The notes beneath the pieces are model-generated. The model did no database searches. It was not told the origin of the DNA and worked only from the letters and a program-made list of their open reading frames with translations. A stretch of 64,000 bases of DNA from Anaerolineaceae bacterium. GTDB taxonomy: Bacteria; Chloroflexota; Anaerolineae; Anaerolineales; Villigracilaceae. The translations under genes were made by a program, and so were the position numbers. Below, piece after piece: positions 1 to 9,509 of this stretch. Location of the stretch: NCBI GenBank assembly GCA_009885525.1, contig VFKN01000077.1, positions 5,779-69,778 on the forward strand, given 5' to 3'. Position 1 is the stretch's first letter; every line of letters starts with the position of its first letter.

Positions 1-967
1 TGGGGGCATTATTTCAACGGTCAAAGCCACGCGCACAGCCAGCATCGAAACGCTCATCGCGCAAACACGTCCGCGCATTTTACGAATGTTCTCGCACGGC
101 ACAACCACCGCCGAAGCAAAAACGGGTTATGGTTTGCAAACCGCGACCGAGCTGCGTTTGCTCAAAGCCCTGCTCGCGCTCGATGATGAAAGTCCGCTTG
201 ACCTCTCGATCACATTTCTTGGCGCGCACGCCATCGCCCCCGAATTCAAAGACAACCCGCAAGGCTATACCGACGAAGTCGTCAACACCATGCTGCCGAT
301 GTTAAAAGAATGGTGGCAGGCTAACGCTCCGCGCTTGCCGCTGCCCTTCGTGGATGTTTTCTGCGAGACGGGCGCATTCAATCTCGAACAGTCGCGTCAG
401 GTTTTGAACAAAGCGAAGGAACTCGACTTCCCGCTTAAGATCCACGCGGATGAATTCGACAATCTCGGCGGAGCATCCCTCGCGGCGGAATTGGGCGCGG
501 CCTCTGCCGACCACCTTGTCCGCACCTCCGACGCGGATATTCTCGCCCTCGGAAAATCGGATACGGTCGCCGTTGCACTTCCATGCACGCCGTTCGGTCT
601 CGCCGAAAAAGATTACACCCCCGCAAAAAAACTCATCGAAGCCAATGCCATACTCGCCCTCGCAACAGACTGCAACCCCGGCACTTCATGCAATGAATCG
701 ATGCAGTTCGCAATTGCGCTGGCCTGCCGTTATATGAAATTAACTCCCGCGCAAGCCATCGCCGCCGCAACGATCAACTCTGCGCACGCGATCCGCCGCG
801 CAGATACAATCGGCTCGATCGAAGTCGGCAAGCAAGCCGATATGCTCATCCTCTCCGTGACGGATTATCGTCAGATCGGCTATCGTTACGGAACGAATCT
901 CGTCAAACAGGTTATCAAACGCGGCATGGTCTACTCTGTCGATATTGGCTACTATCGCTCAGCCTAG
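1..967 (+). CDS. hutI: Imidazolonepropionase (5'-truncated by window edge)
   Basis: Frame open from base 2 (GGIISTVKATR...). Contains GTTTAEAKTGYGL, FLGAHA, DVFCETGAF, KIHADE, SADHL and ATDCNPGTS, typical of the HutI amidohydrolase. Confidence 0.92.
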   Translation, partial: GGIISTVKATRTASIETLIAQTRPRILRMFSHGTTTAEAKTGYGLQTATELRLLKALLALDDESPLDLSITFLGAHAIAPEFKDNPQGYTDEVVNTMLPMLKEWWQANAPRLPLPFVDVFCETGAFNLEQSRQVLNKAKELDFPLKIHADEFDNLGGASLAAELGAASADHLVRTSDADILALGKSDTVAVALPCTPFGLAEKDYTPAKKLIEANAILALATDCNPGTSCNESMQFAIALACRYMKLTPAQAIAAATINSAHAIRRADTIGSIEVGKQADMLILSVTDYRQIGYRYGTNLVKQVIKRGMVYSVDIGYYRSA

Positions 968-975
968 GATTCAAA

Positions 976-2595
976 ATGTATACCCCGTGGACGTTGTATG
1001 TAGTTATCCTGGTCTTGAATGCGCTGGCGTGCGTCATGGTTGCCTTTTTACTGACGCGCAAGCAGTTTGCCATCGGGCAGCCTGCGATGATATTGACATT
1101 CATCTCACTGGCGTTTTGGGTCTTTGGCTACGCAATGCTCCTCACCTCGACAACAGTTGCATGGAAGACTTTTTGGCTTAGGGTGGAAAATATAGGCATT
1201 ATTCCCCAGGGTTTGTTTTGGTTCATTTTTGCCCTGCAATATTCAAGCCAAAATAAAAAAATATCTGTATGGCTGATCGCAATTTTAAGTATTGCCCCCA
1301 TCCTCGCATTAACTTTCATCTTTTCAGATCGCTGGATTCATCTTTATTATCCACTGATCCAGCGCCTCTACCCAAACGGTGGGCCCTTAAAACTCGGGCA
1401 CGGAGTCATGTATTGGATCATGTTTGCACAAGTCTATCTGCTGGAGCTGGCAGCCTTGATCTTGCTGCTGCGCCGCTTTATTGGGTATCGCAACATATAC
1501 CGCAAGCAAATGGGGCTGTTAATAACAGCCGTTTTTTTCCCCTTGATCGCGAATATTTATTTTCAACTCGCACCGCGGCTGCCCCTGCCTTCCTGGTCGA
1601 CAACGTCACTTGATGTAACACCCATGGCGCTTGCGTTCAGCGCAGCCTTGATCAGCGCCGCGGTGTTTGGGCTGAAACTGTTCGACCTCATCCCGATTGC
1701 CCGTCACAGGGTGCTGGAGCATATCCCTCAAATGGTTTTTGTCGTGGATACGGAAGATCGTGTTCTGGATATTAATGACACAGGGCAAAAATGGCTGGGA
1801 AGACCCGCCGAGCAGATGATCGGTAATCTGGCAACAGATGTATTCCAGGAGTGGGTCGACTTGCTCAATCTTTATCACAACACATTTGAATCCCGTGATG
1901 AGATATATGCCCCCGGTAATCCTTCCCGCATGCTTGAAGTCTCCATCTTCCCCATTTACAACGGTAACAAACTGGAAGGGCGCGTCTTTGTGGCTCACGA
2001 CATCTCCAATCGCATTAAACTGGAAGATGACCTGAAGAAAGCCAACGAAGCGCTTCGGACTCAAATTTCTGAGATTCAGGTATTACAGGAAAAGCTGGAG
2101 GAGCAAGCCATACGCGACCCGTTAACCGGTTTGTATAATCGCCGCTTTCTAGCGGAGTCTTTGGATAATGAATTAGCACAAGCCGCAAGGACATCCATGC
2201 CGGTCTCAGTCGTCATTTTAGATGTGGACCATTTCAAAAATTTCAACGACATCCATGGGCATAAATGCGGCGACATTGTTTTACAAATCCTGGCAAAAAT
2301 GCTGGTCAATGCTTCACGCCGCGGAGATGTCGTCTGTCGTTATGGCGGCGAGGAATTTGTCATCCTCATGCCGAATTCAAGCCTTCAATCTGCCTATGAA
2401 TGTGCAGAAAAATGGCGCAAGGCGTTCGCCTCCACGTTGGTCGAATTCAACGGGCAGATACTCTCAACTACGTTCTCGGCAGGCGTGGCTTGTTTCCCCA
2501 TCCACGGCAACACCGGAGAATCCATATTGCAAACTGCCGACCAGGCGCTTTACCGGTCAAAACATAAAGGCAGAAACCAGGTAAATATATATTGA
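976..2595 (+). CDS. Membrane diguanylate cyclase (7TM sensor + PAS + GGDEF)
   Basis: Hydrophobic N-terminal ~240 aa, PAS-like segment, [20 protein letters not shown], and an RxxD I-site before GGEEF. Confidence 0.9.
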   Translation: MYTPWTLYVVILVLNALACVMVAFLLTRKQFAIGQPAMILTFISLAFWVFGYAMLLTSTTVAWKTFWLRVENIGIIPQGLFWFIFALQYSSQNKKISVWLIAILSIAPILALTFIFSDRWIHLYYPLIQRLYPNGGPLKLGHGVMYWIMFAQVYLLELAALILLLRRFIGYRNIYRKQMGLLITAVFFPLIANIYFQLAPRLPLPSWSTTSLDVTPMALAFSAALISAAVFGLKLFDLIPIARHRVLEHIPQMVFVVDTEDRVLDINDTGQKWLGRPAEQMIGNLATDVFQEWVDLLNLYHNTFESRDEIYAPGNPSRMLEVSIFPIYNGNKLEGRVFVAHDISNRIKLEDDLKKANEALRTQISEIQVLQEKLEEQAIRDPLTGLYNRRFLAESLDNELAQAARTSMPVSVVILDVDHFKNFNDIHGHKCGDIVLQILAKMLVNASRRGDVVCRYGGEEFVILMPNSSLQSAYECAEKWRKAFASTLVEFNGQILSTTFSAGVACFPIHGNTGESILQTADQALYRSKHKGRNQVNIY

Positions 2596-2643
2596 TCGTT
2601 ATTTGAAAGTTTACAAATCGCAAAAAATCTACAGGAGTAATTT

Positions 2644-3549
2644 ATGCAAATTGATATTATCGGCGTTCCCATCGATCTCGGCGCAGACCGCCGCGGCGTG
2701 GATATGGGTCCCAGCGCCATCCGCTATTCACATTTACAAAGCAAGTTACAGGAACTCGGATACGACGTAAGAGATGAAGGCAACATCGAAGTTGCCATCG
2801 CTGAAATGTGCAGCATCACAAATCCGAAATTGAAATACATTGATTGCATTCTTCCCATGTCGCGGCGCATTGCGGGCGCAGTGGCGACATCGGTGCAAGC
2901 CAAAAATTTTCCGCTTGTAATTGGCGGCGACCACAGCCTTTCCATCGGCTCGGTGCGCGGCGCGGCGCGCAACAAAAAAATCGGCGTCATCTGGATTGAC
3001 GCGCACGCTGATTTCAACACCGCAGAGACCACGCCTTCAGGAAATATTCACGGCATGTCGCTTGCGCTCCTCGCCGGGGTTGGCGATAAAAGCCTCGTGC
3101 AATTATGGGATGAATCCATCCCCGTCATCGACCCGTCAAAGATCGCCATCATTGGCGCGCGTGATCTTGATTCGGGCGAAAAGGCAAATCTCAAAAACGC
3201 CGGCGCGCTCGTTCTGGGCATGGAGCAAATTGATCGTTATGGCATGGTCGCCATGGTGGAGAAAGCCATCGAGCGCGTCAGCCATGATGTGGATGGGATT
3301 TATCTCTCGCTCGATTTGGATGCCCTCGACCCTGAACATGCCCCCGGAGTTGGAACCCCCGTCCCCGCGGGATTGACTCAACGCGAAACGCATCTTGCCT
3401 GCGAATTGATCGCAGAAACCAAAATGCTGATCGGCATGGACCTTGTCGAAGTGAATCCCATCCTCGATGTTCAGAATCGCACCGCGGCGCTCGCTGTGGA
3501 ATTTGCACTCTCGGCATTGGGACGCCGCATTTGGAGCGGAAACTCATGA
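2644..3549 (+). CDS. rocF: Arginase
   Basis: [28 protein letters not shown] and EVNP motifs. RBS AGGAG upstream. Confidence 0.92.
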   Translation: MQIDIIGVPIDLGADRRGVDMGPSAIRYSHLQSKLQELGYDVRDEGNIEVAIAEMCSITNPKLKYIDCILPMSRRIAGAVATSVQAKNFPLVIGGDHSLSIGSVRGAARNKKIGVIWIDAHADFNTAETTPSGNIHGMSLALLAGVGDKSLVQLWDESIPVIDPSKIAIIGARDLDSGEKANLKNAGALVLGMEQIDRYGMVAMVEKAIERVSHDVDGIYLSLDLDALDPEHAPGVGTPVPAGLTQRETHLACELIAETKMLIGMDLVEVNPILDVQNRTAALAVEFALSALGRRIWSGNS

Positions 3550-4316
3550 TGCCAACTCTTTCATTCGTTGAACAACTTGCACGTGGGGCTGGTACCATCT
3601 TGCGCGATGGCTATAACTCCGAACATCAGATCAAATACAAGGGCGTGATTGACCTCGTCACAGAAATCGATCATGCTTCTGAAGCATATTTACTTAAAGA
3701 GATTCAATCCCTTTTTCCAGATAGTCATGTCATCGCGGAAGAAAGCGGCGAGACAAAAGGCGTGGGCACAGGGCTTTGGTACGTTGATCCTCTCGATGGG
3801 ACGGTCAATTACGCGCATCATATCCCCGTGTTTTGCGTATCCATTGCGTATGCTTTTAATGGCGTGGTTCAACTCGGCGCTGTGTACGATCCGATGCGCG
3901 ATGAGATGTATATCGCGGAACGCGGCAAAGGCGCGTTGCTTAATGGCGAATCGATCCGCGCATCATCTACAACTGAGTTAACAAAGAGTTTACTGGTAAC
4001 CGGTTTTCCGTATGATACCTGGAACACCGAACTGGATAACTTCAAAAATTTTGAGAAACTCGCCAAGATGACCCAAGGTGTGCGCCGACTCGGTTCCGCC
4101 GCGCTGGATGCCTGTTACGTGGCTGCCGGGCGCTTTGACGGGTTTTGGGAGCTCGCCCTCAGACCGTGGGACATCGCCGCCGGCGGATTGATCGCCGAGG
4201 AAGCAGGCGCGCGCGTCACCGCAGTGGATGGCAAGCCCGATTATATTTCCACTCCGCAATCCATCCTTGCCGCCGCGCCAGGGATTTATGAAGCAATGTG
4301 GAAGCAATTGAATTAA
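3546..4316 (+). CDS. suhB: Inositol monophosphatase family protein
   Basis: EE...WYVDPLDGTVNYAH, RRLGSAALD and WDIAAG motifs. Start placed at the ATG overlapping the arginase stop. Confidence 0.88.
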   Translation: MMPTLSFVEQLARGAGTILRDGYNSEHQIKYKGVIDLVTEIDHASEAYLLKEIQSLFPDSHVIAEESGETKGVGTGLWYVDPLDGTVNYAHHIPVFCVSIAYAFNGVVQLGAVYDPMRDEMYIAERGKGALLNGESIRASSTTELTKSLLVTGFPYDTWNTELDNFKNFEKLAKMTQGVRRLGSAALDACYVAAGRFDGFWELALRPWDIAAGGLIAEEAGARVTAVDGKPDYISTPQSILAAAPGIYEAMWKQLN

Positions 4317-4436
4317 AGCAAAAACGGATAGGTCTTACCACAAAGACACCAGAAGCGGAAAAACTTCGTGACGTTGAGTCTTGGCGGCTTTGTGGTTAAT
4401 TTCTAAACTATTCAACTATAAAACCAGGAAACTAAA

Positions 4437-5762
4437 ATGCCTCAAGCAACGTATCATTTTCCAAAAGGATTTTTATGGGGAACCGCCACCGCCTCTCATC
4501 AAGTGGAAGGCAACAATACGAATAACAACTGGCACAAGTGGGAAGAGGAAGGCCACACCGTTCACAAATCAGGGCTTGCTGCCGATTGGTGGGGCGGGCG
4601 CTGGCGCGAAGATTTTGACCGCGCCGCGGAAACCGGTCAAAACGCGCATCGGCTTTCCATCGAGTGGAGTCGCATTCAGCCCACACCCGATACCTGGGAT
4701 GAAGAAGCCATCGAAAAATATCGCAACATGCTGCGCGGATTGCGTGAGCGCAACATGACTGTGCTGGTCACGCTGCATCATTACACCGATCCGCTTTGGG
4801 TCACAGAAAAAGGCGGCTGGGAGAATCAAGATATTGTTCCGTTGTTCGAGAAATACACGCGCAAGATCGTGGATGCGTTGAAGGAATATGTCAATTTATG
4901 GTGCACGATCAACGAGCCGAATATCTACGCTATGAGCGGATATGTGCAAGGCGTATTTCCACCTGGAAAGAAAAACATCAAACTCTCGACGCGTGTGCTG
5001 GCAAACATGATTCGCGGACACGCCGCCGCGTACCGCGCCATCCACGAATTGCAACCCGAAGCGCGGGTAGGTTACGCCCTCCATTACCGTCCGATGGTTC
5101 CGCGCGTGAAATGGTCGCCGCTGGATATCCTCATGAAAAATATCCGCTACGAAGGACTCAACATGGGATTCCCATCCGCGATCTCAACGGGTGTGATGAA
5201 ATCTCCGGTGGGCAGTCAAAATATCCCCGAAGCCAAAGGTACGCAGGATTATCTCGGCTTGAATTATTACTCGGTGGATACAGTCTGGTTCGATCTGATG
5301 CGCCCCGGTGAATTATTTTCGAACGGCGGATATCCCAAAGGCGCGGATATGAGCGATAACAATTTCCTCGCTAATATTCCCGAAGGAATATTCAACTCTA
5401 TTAAATGGATCGAGCGCACGTACCCGAATTTGCCGATCATCATCACCGAGAACGGCGTGGAAGATGCTGATGATCATATGCGCCCGCGTTATATCGCGCA
5501 GCACATTCATCAAATGTGGCGCGCGGTCAATTTCAACTGGCAGGTGAAGGGTTACTTCCACTGGTCGCTGGTGGATAATTTCGAATGGGAGCGCGGCTGG
5601 ACTCAGCGCTTCGGCTTGTGGGGCTTGGATATCGACACGCAAAAAAGAATCCGCCGCCCAAGCGTTGACTTATACGCGGAGATCTGCAAAGAGAACGGTC
5701 TATCTTCCGAGATGGTGCAGAAATATTGTCCCGAAGTATTTGAGAAAATATTCCCTTCGTAG
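4437..5762 (+). CDS. Glycoside hydrolase family 1 (beta-glucosidase), full length
   Basis: FLWGTATASHQVEG, TINEP (acid/base), ITENG (nucleophile), WSLVDNFEW and RFGL. Confidence 0.93.
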   Translation: MPQATYHFPKGFLWGTATASHQVEGNNTNNNWHKWEEEGHTVHKSGLAADWWGGRWREDFDRAAETGQNAHRLSIEWSRIQPTPDTWDEEAIEKYRNMLRGLRERNMTVLVTLHHYTDPLWVTEKGGWENQDIVPLFEKYTRKIVDALKEYVNLWCTINEPNIYAMSGYVQGVFPPGKKNIKLSTRVLANMIRGHAAAYRAIHELQPEARVGYALHYRPMVPRVKWSPLDILMKNIRYEGLNMGFPSAISTGVMKSPVGSQNIPEAKGTQDYLGLNYYSVDTVWFDLMRPGELFSNGGYPKGADMSDNNFLANIPEGIFNSIKWIERTYPNLPIIITENGVEDADDHMRPRYIAQHIHQMWRAVNFNWQVKGYFHWSLVDNFEWERGWTQRFGLWGLDIDTQKRIRRPSVDLYAEICKENGLSSEMVQKYCPEVFEKIFPS

Positions 5763-5797
5763 GATTTTCCACGAAGCACACGAAGGATCACGAAAAA

Positions 5798-6127
5798 ATG
5801 AAATTACGAATTTCCCTTTTGGCGTTATCGGCAATTTTGATTGCCGCACATTTCCTACGGACATCTTCATTCATCCCCATACTGATCTGTCTTGCCGCGC
5901 CTTTTCTGTTGTTCATCAAAAAACGTTGGAGTGTATTAGTTGTTCAAGCGCTGACAGTGGTCGCCGCAGCGACCTGGCTGCTGACGCTCTATGGCATCAT
6001 TCAGGAAAGAATATTTGTAGGCCGCTCGTGGACAGCCTCCGCAATTATTTTGGGGGTGGTTGCAGGTTATACGCTTTTGACGGGTTGGTTGTTAAATAGC
6101 CCGATTGTCAAAGAACAATACTCATAA
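5798..6127 (+). CDS. Small membrane protein, unknown function
   Basis: 109-aa ORF with about four hydrophobic segments, co-oriented with GH1. Confidence 0.7.
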   Translation: MKLRISLLALSAILIAAHFLRTSSFIPILICLAAPFLLFIKKRWSVLVVQALTVVAAATWLLTLYGIIQERIFVGRSWTASAIILGVVAGYTLLTGWLLNSPIVKEQYS

Positions 6128-6134
6128 ATAAAGG

Positions 6135-6292
6135 GGTAGTGGTCTAATTGAAGTGATGATTTTTAACGCGAATTCCACGAATAAGAATTTTTAAATAATC
6201 ATTCGCAAAATTCGTTCATTTGCGACATTCGCGTTTAAAAGGACACATCTTAAAAAGAATCAATCACCATCACTTACAGATTAACCACTACC
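6135..6292. mobile_element. MITE-like element (158 bp) with REP-like palindrome cargo
   Basis: Terminal IRs GGTAGTGGTCTAAT..AAGTGATG / CATCACTT..ATTAACCACTACC. 8-bp direct repeat AATAAAGG at 6127-6134 and 6293-6300. Internal palindrome TTTTAACGCGAAT...ATTCGCGTTTAAAA. Confidence 0.85.
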
Positions 6293-6310
6293 AATAAAGG
6301 AGCATATCTT

Positions 6311-6676
6311 ATGAAATCACATTGGACTACTCATAAAGGGGTACGCATATTTATCTCGGATTTTTCAAACTACGGCGGTGACGCTGTAGCAGTGCAAGCC
6401 GAAGCAGACTATATTTCCCAATTGCTTCAACTTGAGCCGCCCGATTCGGTATTGTCCATCGCGCATGTAGAGGGAACATTTGCAAACGAAGGCACCATGC
6501 GCACGTTGATGACGCTTGTGCCAGTCACCACAAAATATGTGAAGAAACGCTGCGTCGTCGGTGTGCGCGGATTTCGAAAACATCTTCTGGCAAGTTTTAC
6601 CCGCCTGACAGGGCGCGCTCAGTTTACGATCTTTGATACGATGGATGAGGCGCTGGATTTTTTGGCGAAGGGGTAG
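6311..6676 (+). CDS. Hypothetical protein (possibly STAS/SpoIIAA-like fold)
   Basis: 121-aa ORF with AAGGAG RBS. C-terminal FDTMDEALDFL resembles STAS/SEC14-like small proteins. Confidence 0.7.
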   Translation: MKSHWTTHKGVRIFISDFSNYGGDAVAVQAEADYISQLLQLEPPDSVLSIAHVEGTFANEGTMRTLMTLVPVTTKYVKKRCVVGVRGFRKHLLASFTRLTGRAQFTIFDTMDEALDFLAKG

Positions 6677-6687
6677 CAAATCAGGTA

Positions 6688-6729
6688 ATTAGGGATTAGA
6701 GATTAGAGATTAGAGATTAGAGATTAGGA
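6688..6729. repeat. Heptamer tandem repeat (ATTAGAG) x6
   Basis: attaggg attagag attagag attagag attagag attagga read directly. Confidence 0.9.
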
Positions 6730-6762
6730 AAAAGTGGACTTCGCTTGAGGTTCACTTTTTTT
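6729..6762 (+). terminator. Probable intrinsic terminator
   Basis: AAAAAGTGGACTTC-loop-GAGGTTCACTTTTTTT hairpin with T-tract. Confidence 0.6.
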
Positions 6763-6766
6763 ATAT

Positions 6767-6887
6767 CAGCAATTCTCAATATGAGTTTTATTCATCCACG
6801 GATTTTACAGATTATGCAGATTAGAAAGAAAAATCGGCGAAAATCTGCGTAATCTGTGGATTAATGTTTTCATAATGAGAATTGCTG
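6767..6887. mobile_element. MITE-like element (121 bp) with REP-like palindrome cargo
   Basis: IRs CAGCAATTCTCAATATGA / TCATAATGAGAATTGCTG. 9-bp direct repeat TTTTTATAT at 6758-6766 and 6888-6896. Internal ATCCACGGATT...AATCTGTGGAT palindrome. Confidence 0.85.
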
Positions 6888-6945
6888 TTTTTATATTTTC
6901 ATCCTTCATATTTCATCCTTCACACCGCACTGGCGTACGGCGCAA

Positions 6946-8721
6946 GTGTCCCTTATACTTCCACCTATGTCCCTTCTCGCAGAATTCACCTTACATCGTA
7001 AGAATATTTATAATCGCACCACGCCCGTCCGCTGGATACTTTCACACGCAAGTCCTTATTGGTGGATCATGATCATGATGGTCATCGGCGCGATTGGTAA
7101 TGCCGCACTTGCTGCGTACGTCCCCGTGTTAACGGGTGACGCATTCAATGCGATGATAAAAGTCAACCCCGACACATCGGTATTACTGCCGCTTGCCCTC
7201 ATCATCGGCATCTCGCAAATCGTTCGCGGCATACTTCAACTGGGGCGTAACTTCGGCGCGGAACTCATGGCGCAGCACATGGAACGCGACATCCGCGATG
7301 AACTTTATCTTTCATTGCTTGGCAAGAGCATGACCTTCCACAGCCTGCAGCCCGTCGGCGATACAATGGCGCGTTCCACCAACGATGTGCGTGAGATCAA
7401 TTACATGTTCAGCCCCGGCGTGAATCTTGTCATCGGCTCGTTCATGTTTTTGGTGATGCCGTTCATCGCCGCCCCGCGTTATGCCGTAGCGCTGCTCATT
7501 ACGCCCACGATCTTTACCATTATTTATTTCATCGCGCTTGCCCGTTATCTCAAAGCGCTTGCGCCCATCACCGATGAAGTCCGCGCCACCTTTGGCGACA
7601 TGAACACGCATCTTTCCGAATCACTCGATGGTGTGGAGATCATGAAAGGCGCGGCGCAGGAAGGCGCGGAGGTCGAACGCTTTGTGACCAATGCGCGCCG
7701 CGTGCGTAACGCCTTTGTGCAGCAAGGCGATCTCGAAGCGCGTTACATCGCCATGCTTTTGCTTGGCATGACTTACGCGGGCGGACTCGTCCACGCGCTT
7801 TTACTTTTCCGCGCAGGCAGCATTGATCTCGGCGCAGTCATCGCATACTTCGGCCTTTTGCGCCTGCTCGAATTCCCCACCTTCACATCCACCTGGGCGT
7901 ACTCGCAGATCTCTTCGGGGATGTCGAGCGCGCGCCGCGTTTTGGAACTGATCAACCGCGAATCGAATCTTGACCAAAACGCGGCTGGACTCACCTCCGA
8001 TATGCGCGGCGAAGTCGAATTTCGCGGTGTCTCGTTTGCGTATCCCGATGGTGAATCCGTTGTGCAGAATGTATCCTTCAAAGTTAAGCAGGGACAAACC
8101 GTCGCCATTGTCGGGCAGACTGGCGCGGGTAAAACTTCGCTTGTTAAATTAATTAATCGCACCTACGATATCACTTCGGGGCAGGTATTCGTTGACGGCG
8201 TGGATGTGCGCGAATGGAATCTGGCATCACTGCGTTCGCAAATTTCCATCATCGAACAGGACATTTTTTTGTTCACGCGTTCGTTGAGTGACAACATCGC
8301 TTTCGGAAAACCCGGCGCAACAAAAGATGAAATCATCGCCGCGTCCATTGCCGCCCAGGCGCACGACTTCATCCTCGATTTTGACCAGACATACGGAACC
8401 ATCGTCGGCGAACGCGGCGTGACACTCTCCGGCGGACAGCGCCAACGCATCGCACTCGCCCGCGCATTTCTCACCGACCCGCGCATCCTCGTCCTCGATG
8501 ATTCCACCTCCGCGATAGACTCGGCCACCGAAGATAAAATTCAGCGCGCCATCTCCAACGCCGCGCGCGGACGCACCACCTTTATCATCACCCACCGCCT
8601 CTCGCAAATCCGCTGGGCCGATCTGATCATCGTCTTCCGCAAAGGAAAAATCGCCGCGATTGGTACGCACGACGATTTGATGAAAACCTCCGAGGCATAC
8701 TCAAGAATTTTTAGGGAGTGA
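6946..8721 (+). CDS. ABC exporter half-transporter (TMD + NBD)
   Basis: Six-TM N-terminus, GQTGAGKT Walker A, LSGGQRQR signature and degenerate Walker B ILVLDD. The start may be ATG at 6967. Confidence 0.9.
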   Translation: MSLILPPMSLLAEFTLHRKNIYNRTTPVRWILSHASPYWWIMIMMVIGAIGNAALAAYVPVLTGDAFNAMIKVNPDTSVLLPLALIIGISQIVRGILQLGRNFGAELMAQHMERDIRDELYLSLLGKSMTFHSLQPVGDTMARSTNDVREINYMFSPGVNLVIGSFMFLVMPFIAAPRYAVALLITPTIFTIIYFIALARYLKALAPITDEVRATFGDMNTHLSESLDGVEIMKGAAQEGAEVERFVTNARRVRNAFVQQGDLEARYIAMLLLGMTYAGGLVHALLLFRAGSIDLGAVIAYFGLLRLLEFPTFTSTWAYSQISSGMSSARRVLELINRESNLDQNAAGLTSDMRGEVEFRGVSFAYPDGESVVQNVSFKVKQGQTVAIVGQTGAGKTSLVKLINRTYDITSGQVFVDGVDVREWNLASLRSQISIIEQDIFLFTRSLSDNIAFGKPGATKDEIIAASIAAQAHDFILDFDQTYGTIVGERGVTLSGGQRQRIALARAFLTDPRILVLDDSTSAIDSATEDKIQRAISNAARGRTTFIITHRLSQIRWADLIIVFRKGKIAAIGTHDDLMKTSEAYSRIFRE

Positions 8722-8742
8722 TTTCAACTCCTGCGTTTCAAA

Positions 8743-8788
8743 AACAATAAAGCCCTTGAAGTCAAAAGACTTCAGGGGCTTTATTGTT
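8743..8788. terminator. Bidirectional hairpin/terminator
   Basis: AACAATAAAGCCC..GAAGTC / GACTTC..GGGCTTTATTGTT inverted repeat between convergent genes. Confidence 0.7.
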
Positions 8789-8936
8789 GATCTATTTGTA
8801 ACTCTTTTCGAATGTCCTTTTTTGGGACGCTGACAAACGCAGAAAAACGCGGATCAGTTCTTTTTAAATCAGCGTTCATCTGCGTCCAATAGAGGGGAAA
8901 ATAGGAGTCGCACATTAGGTAATCGCAATATTTTCA

Positions 8937-9374
8937 TCACTCAAGTATCGCGCCAGCCTTGATGGGATCAAAGCCATCCGGAAATATTGTTTTTAAATTA
9001 TATTTAGCGCCGTTCAGATTAGCATCGCTCAGGTTAACACGGCTCAGGATAGCGCCGCTCAGGTTGGCATCGCTCAAGTTAGCACTGCGCAGGTCGGCAC
9101 TGATCAGATTAACCTCTCTCAGGTCAGCCGTACTCAGGTCTGCGTAGATAAGGATCGCAAAGCTCAGATCAGCATTACTCAGGTCGGCGCCGCTCAGATG
9201 AGCACTGATCAGGTTCGCACCGACCAATTTGGCACGACTCAAGTTCGCGCGGCTCAGGTGCGCCGTGCTCAGGTCGGCGTCGCTCAGGTTGGCAAGGCGC
9301 AGGTCAGCGCCTGTTAGCCGCAGCGGCTTGGGTTGTTTTATTAGTAAACTAAGTTCTTCTATTGAAAATTGCAT
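8937..9374 (-). CDS. Pentapeptide repeat protein
   Basis: About 20 A[DN]LS[GR]-type pentapeptide repeats, with C-terminal [15 protein letters not shown]. Confidence 0.88.
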   Translation of the reverse strand: MQFSIEELSLLIKQPKPLRLTGADLRLANLSDADLSTAHLSRANLSRAKLVGANLISAHLSGADLSNADLSFAILIYADLSTADLREVNLISADLRSANLSDANLSGAILSRVNLSDANLNGAKYNLKTIFPDGFDPIKAGAILE

Positions 9375-9509
9375 TGTATTGCCTTCCTGTTTCCTGTCAT
9401 GGCATGAATACCGCTTTCAATATTACGGGATGATTTTTTATGACCTATCGAAAATATTATAGCCTTGATAAACAAGCAAGGCAACCAATAAGAGCGGCGC
9501 TCCTATTCA

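Noticed and set aside
8795-8925. Another MITE around the GGACGC...TGCGTCC palindrome
   Set aside because: A REP-like palindrome is present, but I could not find convincing terminal IRs or a target duplication.
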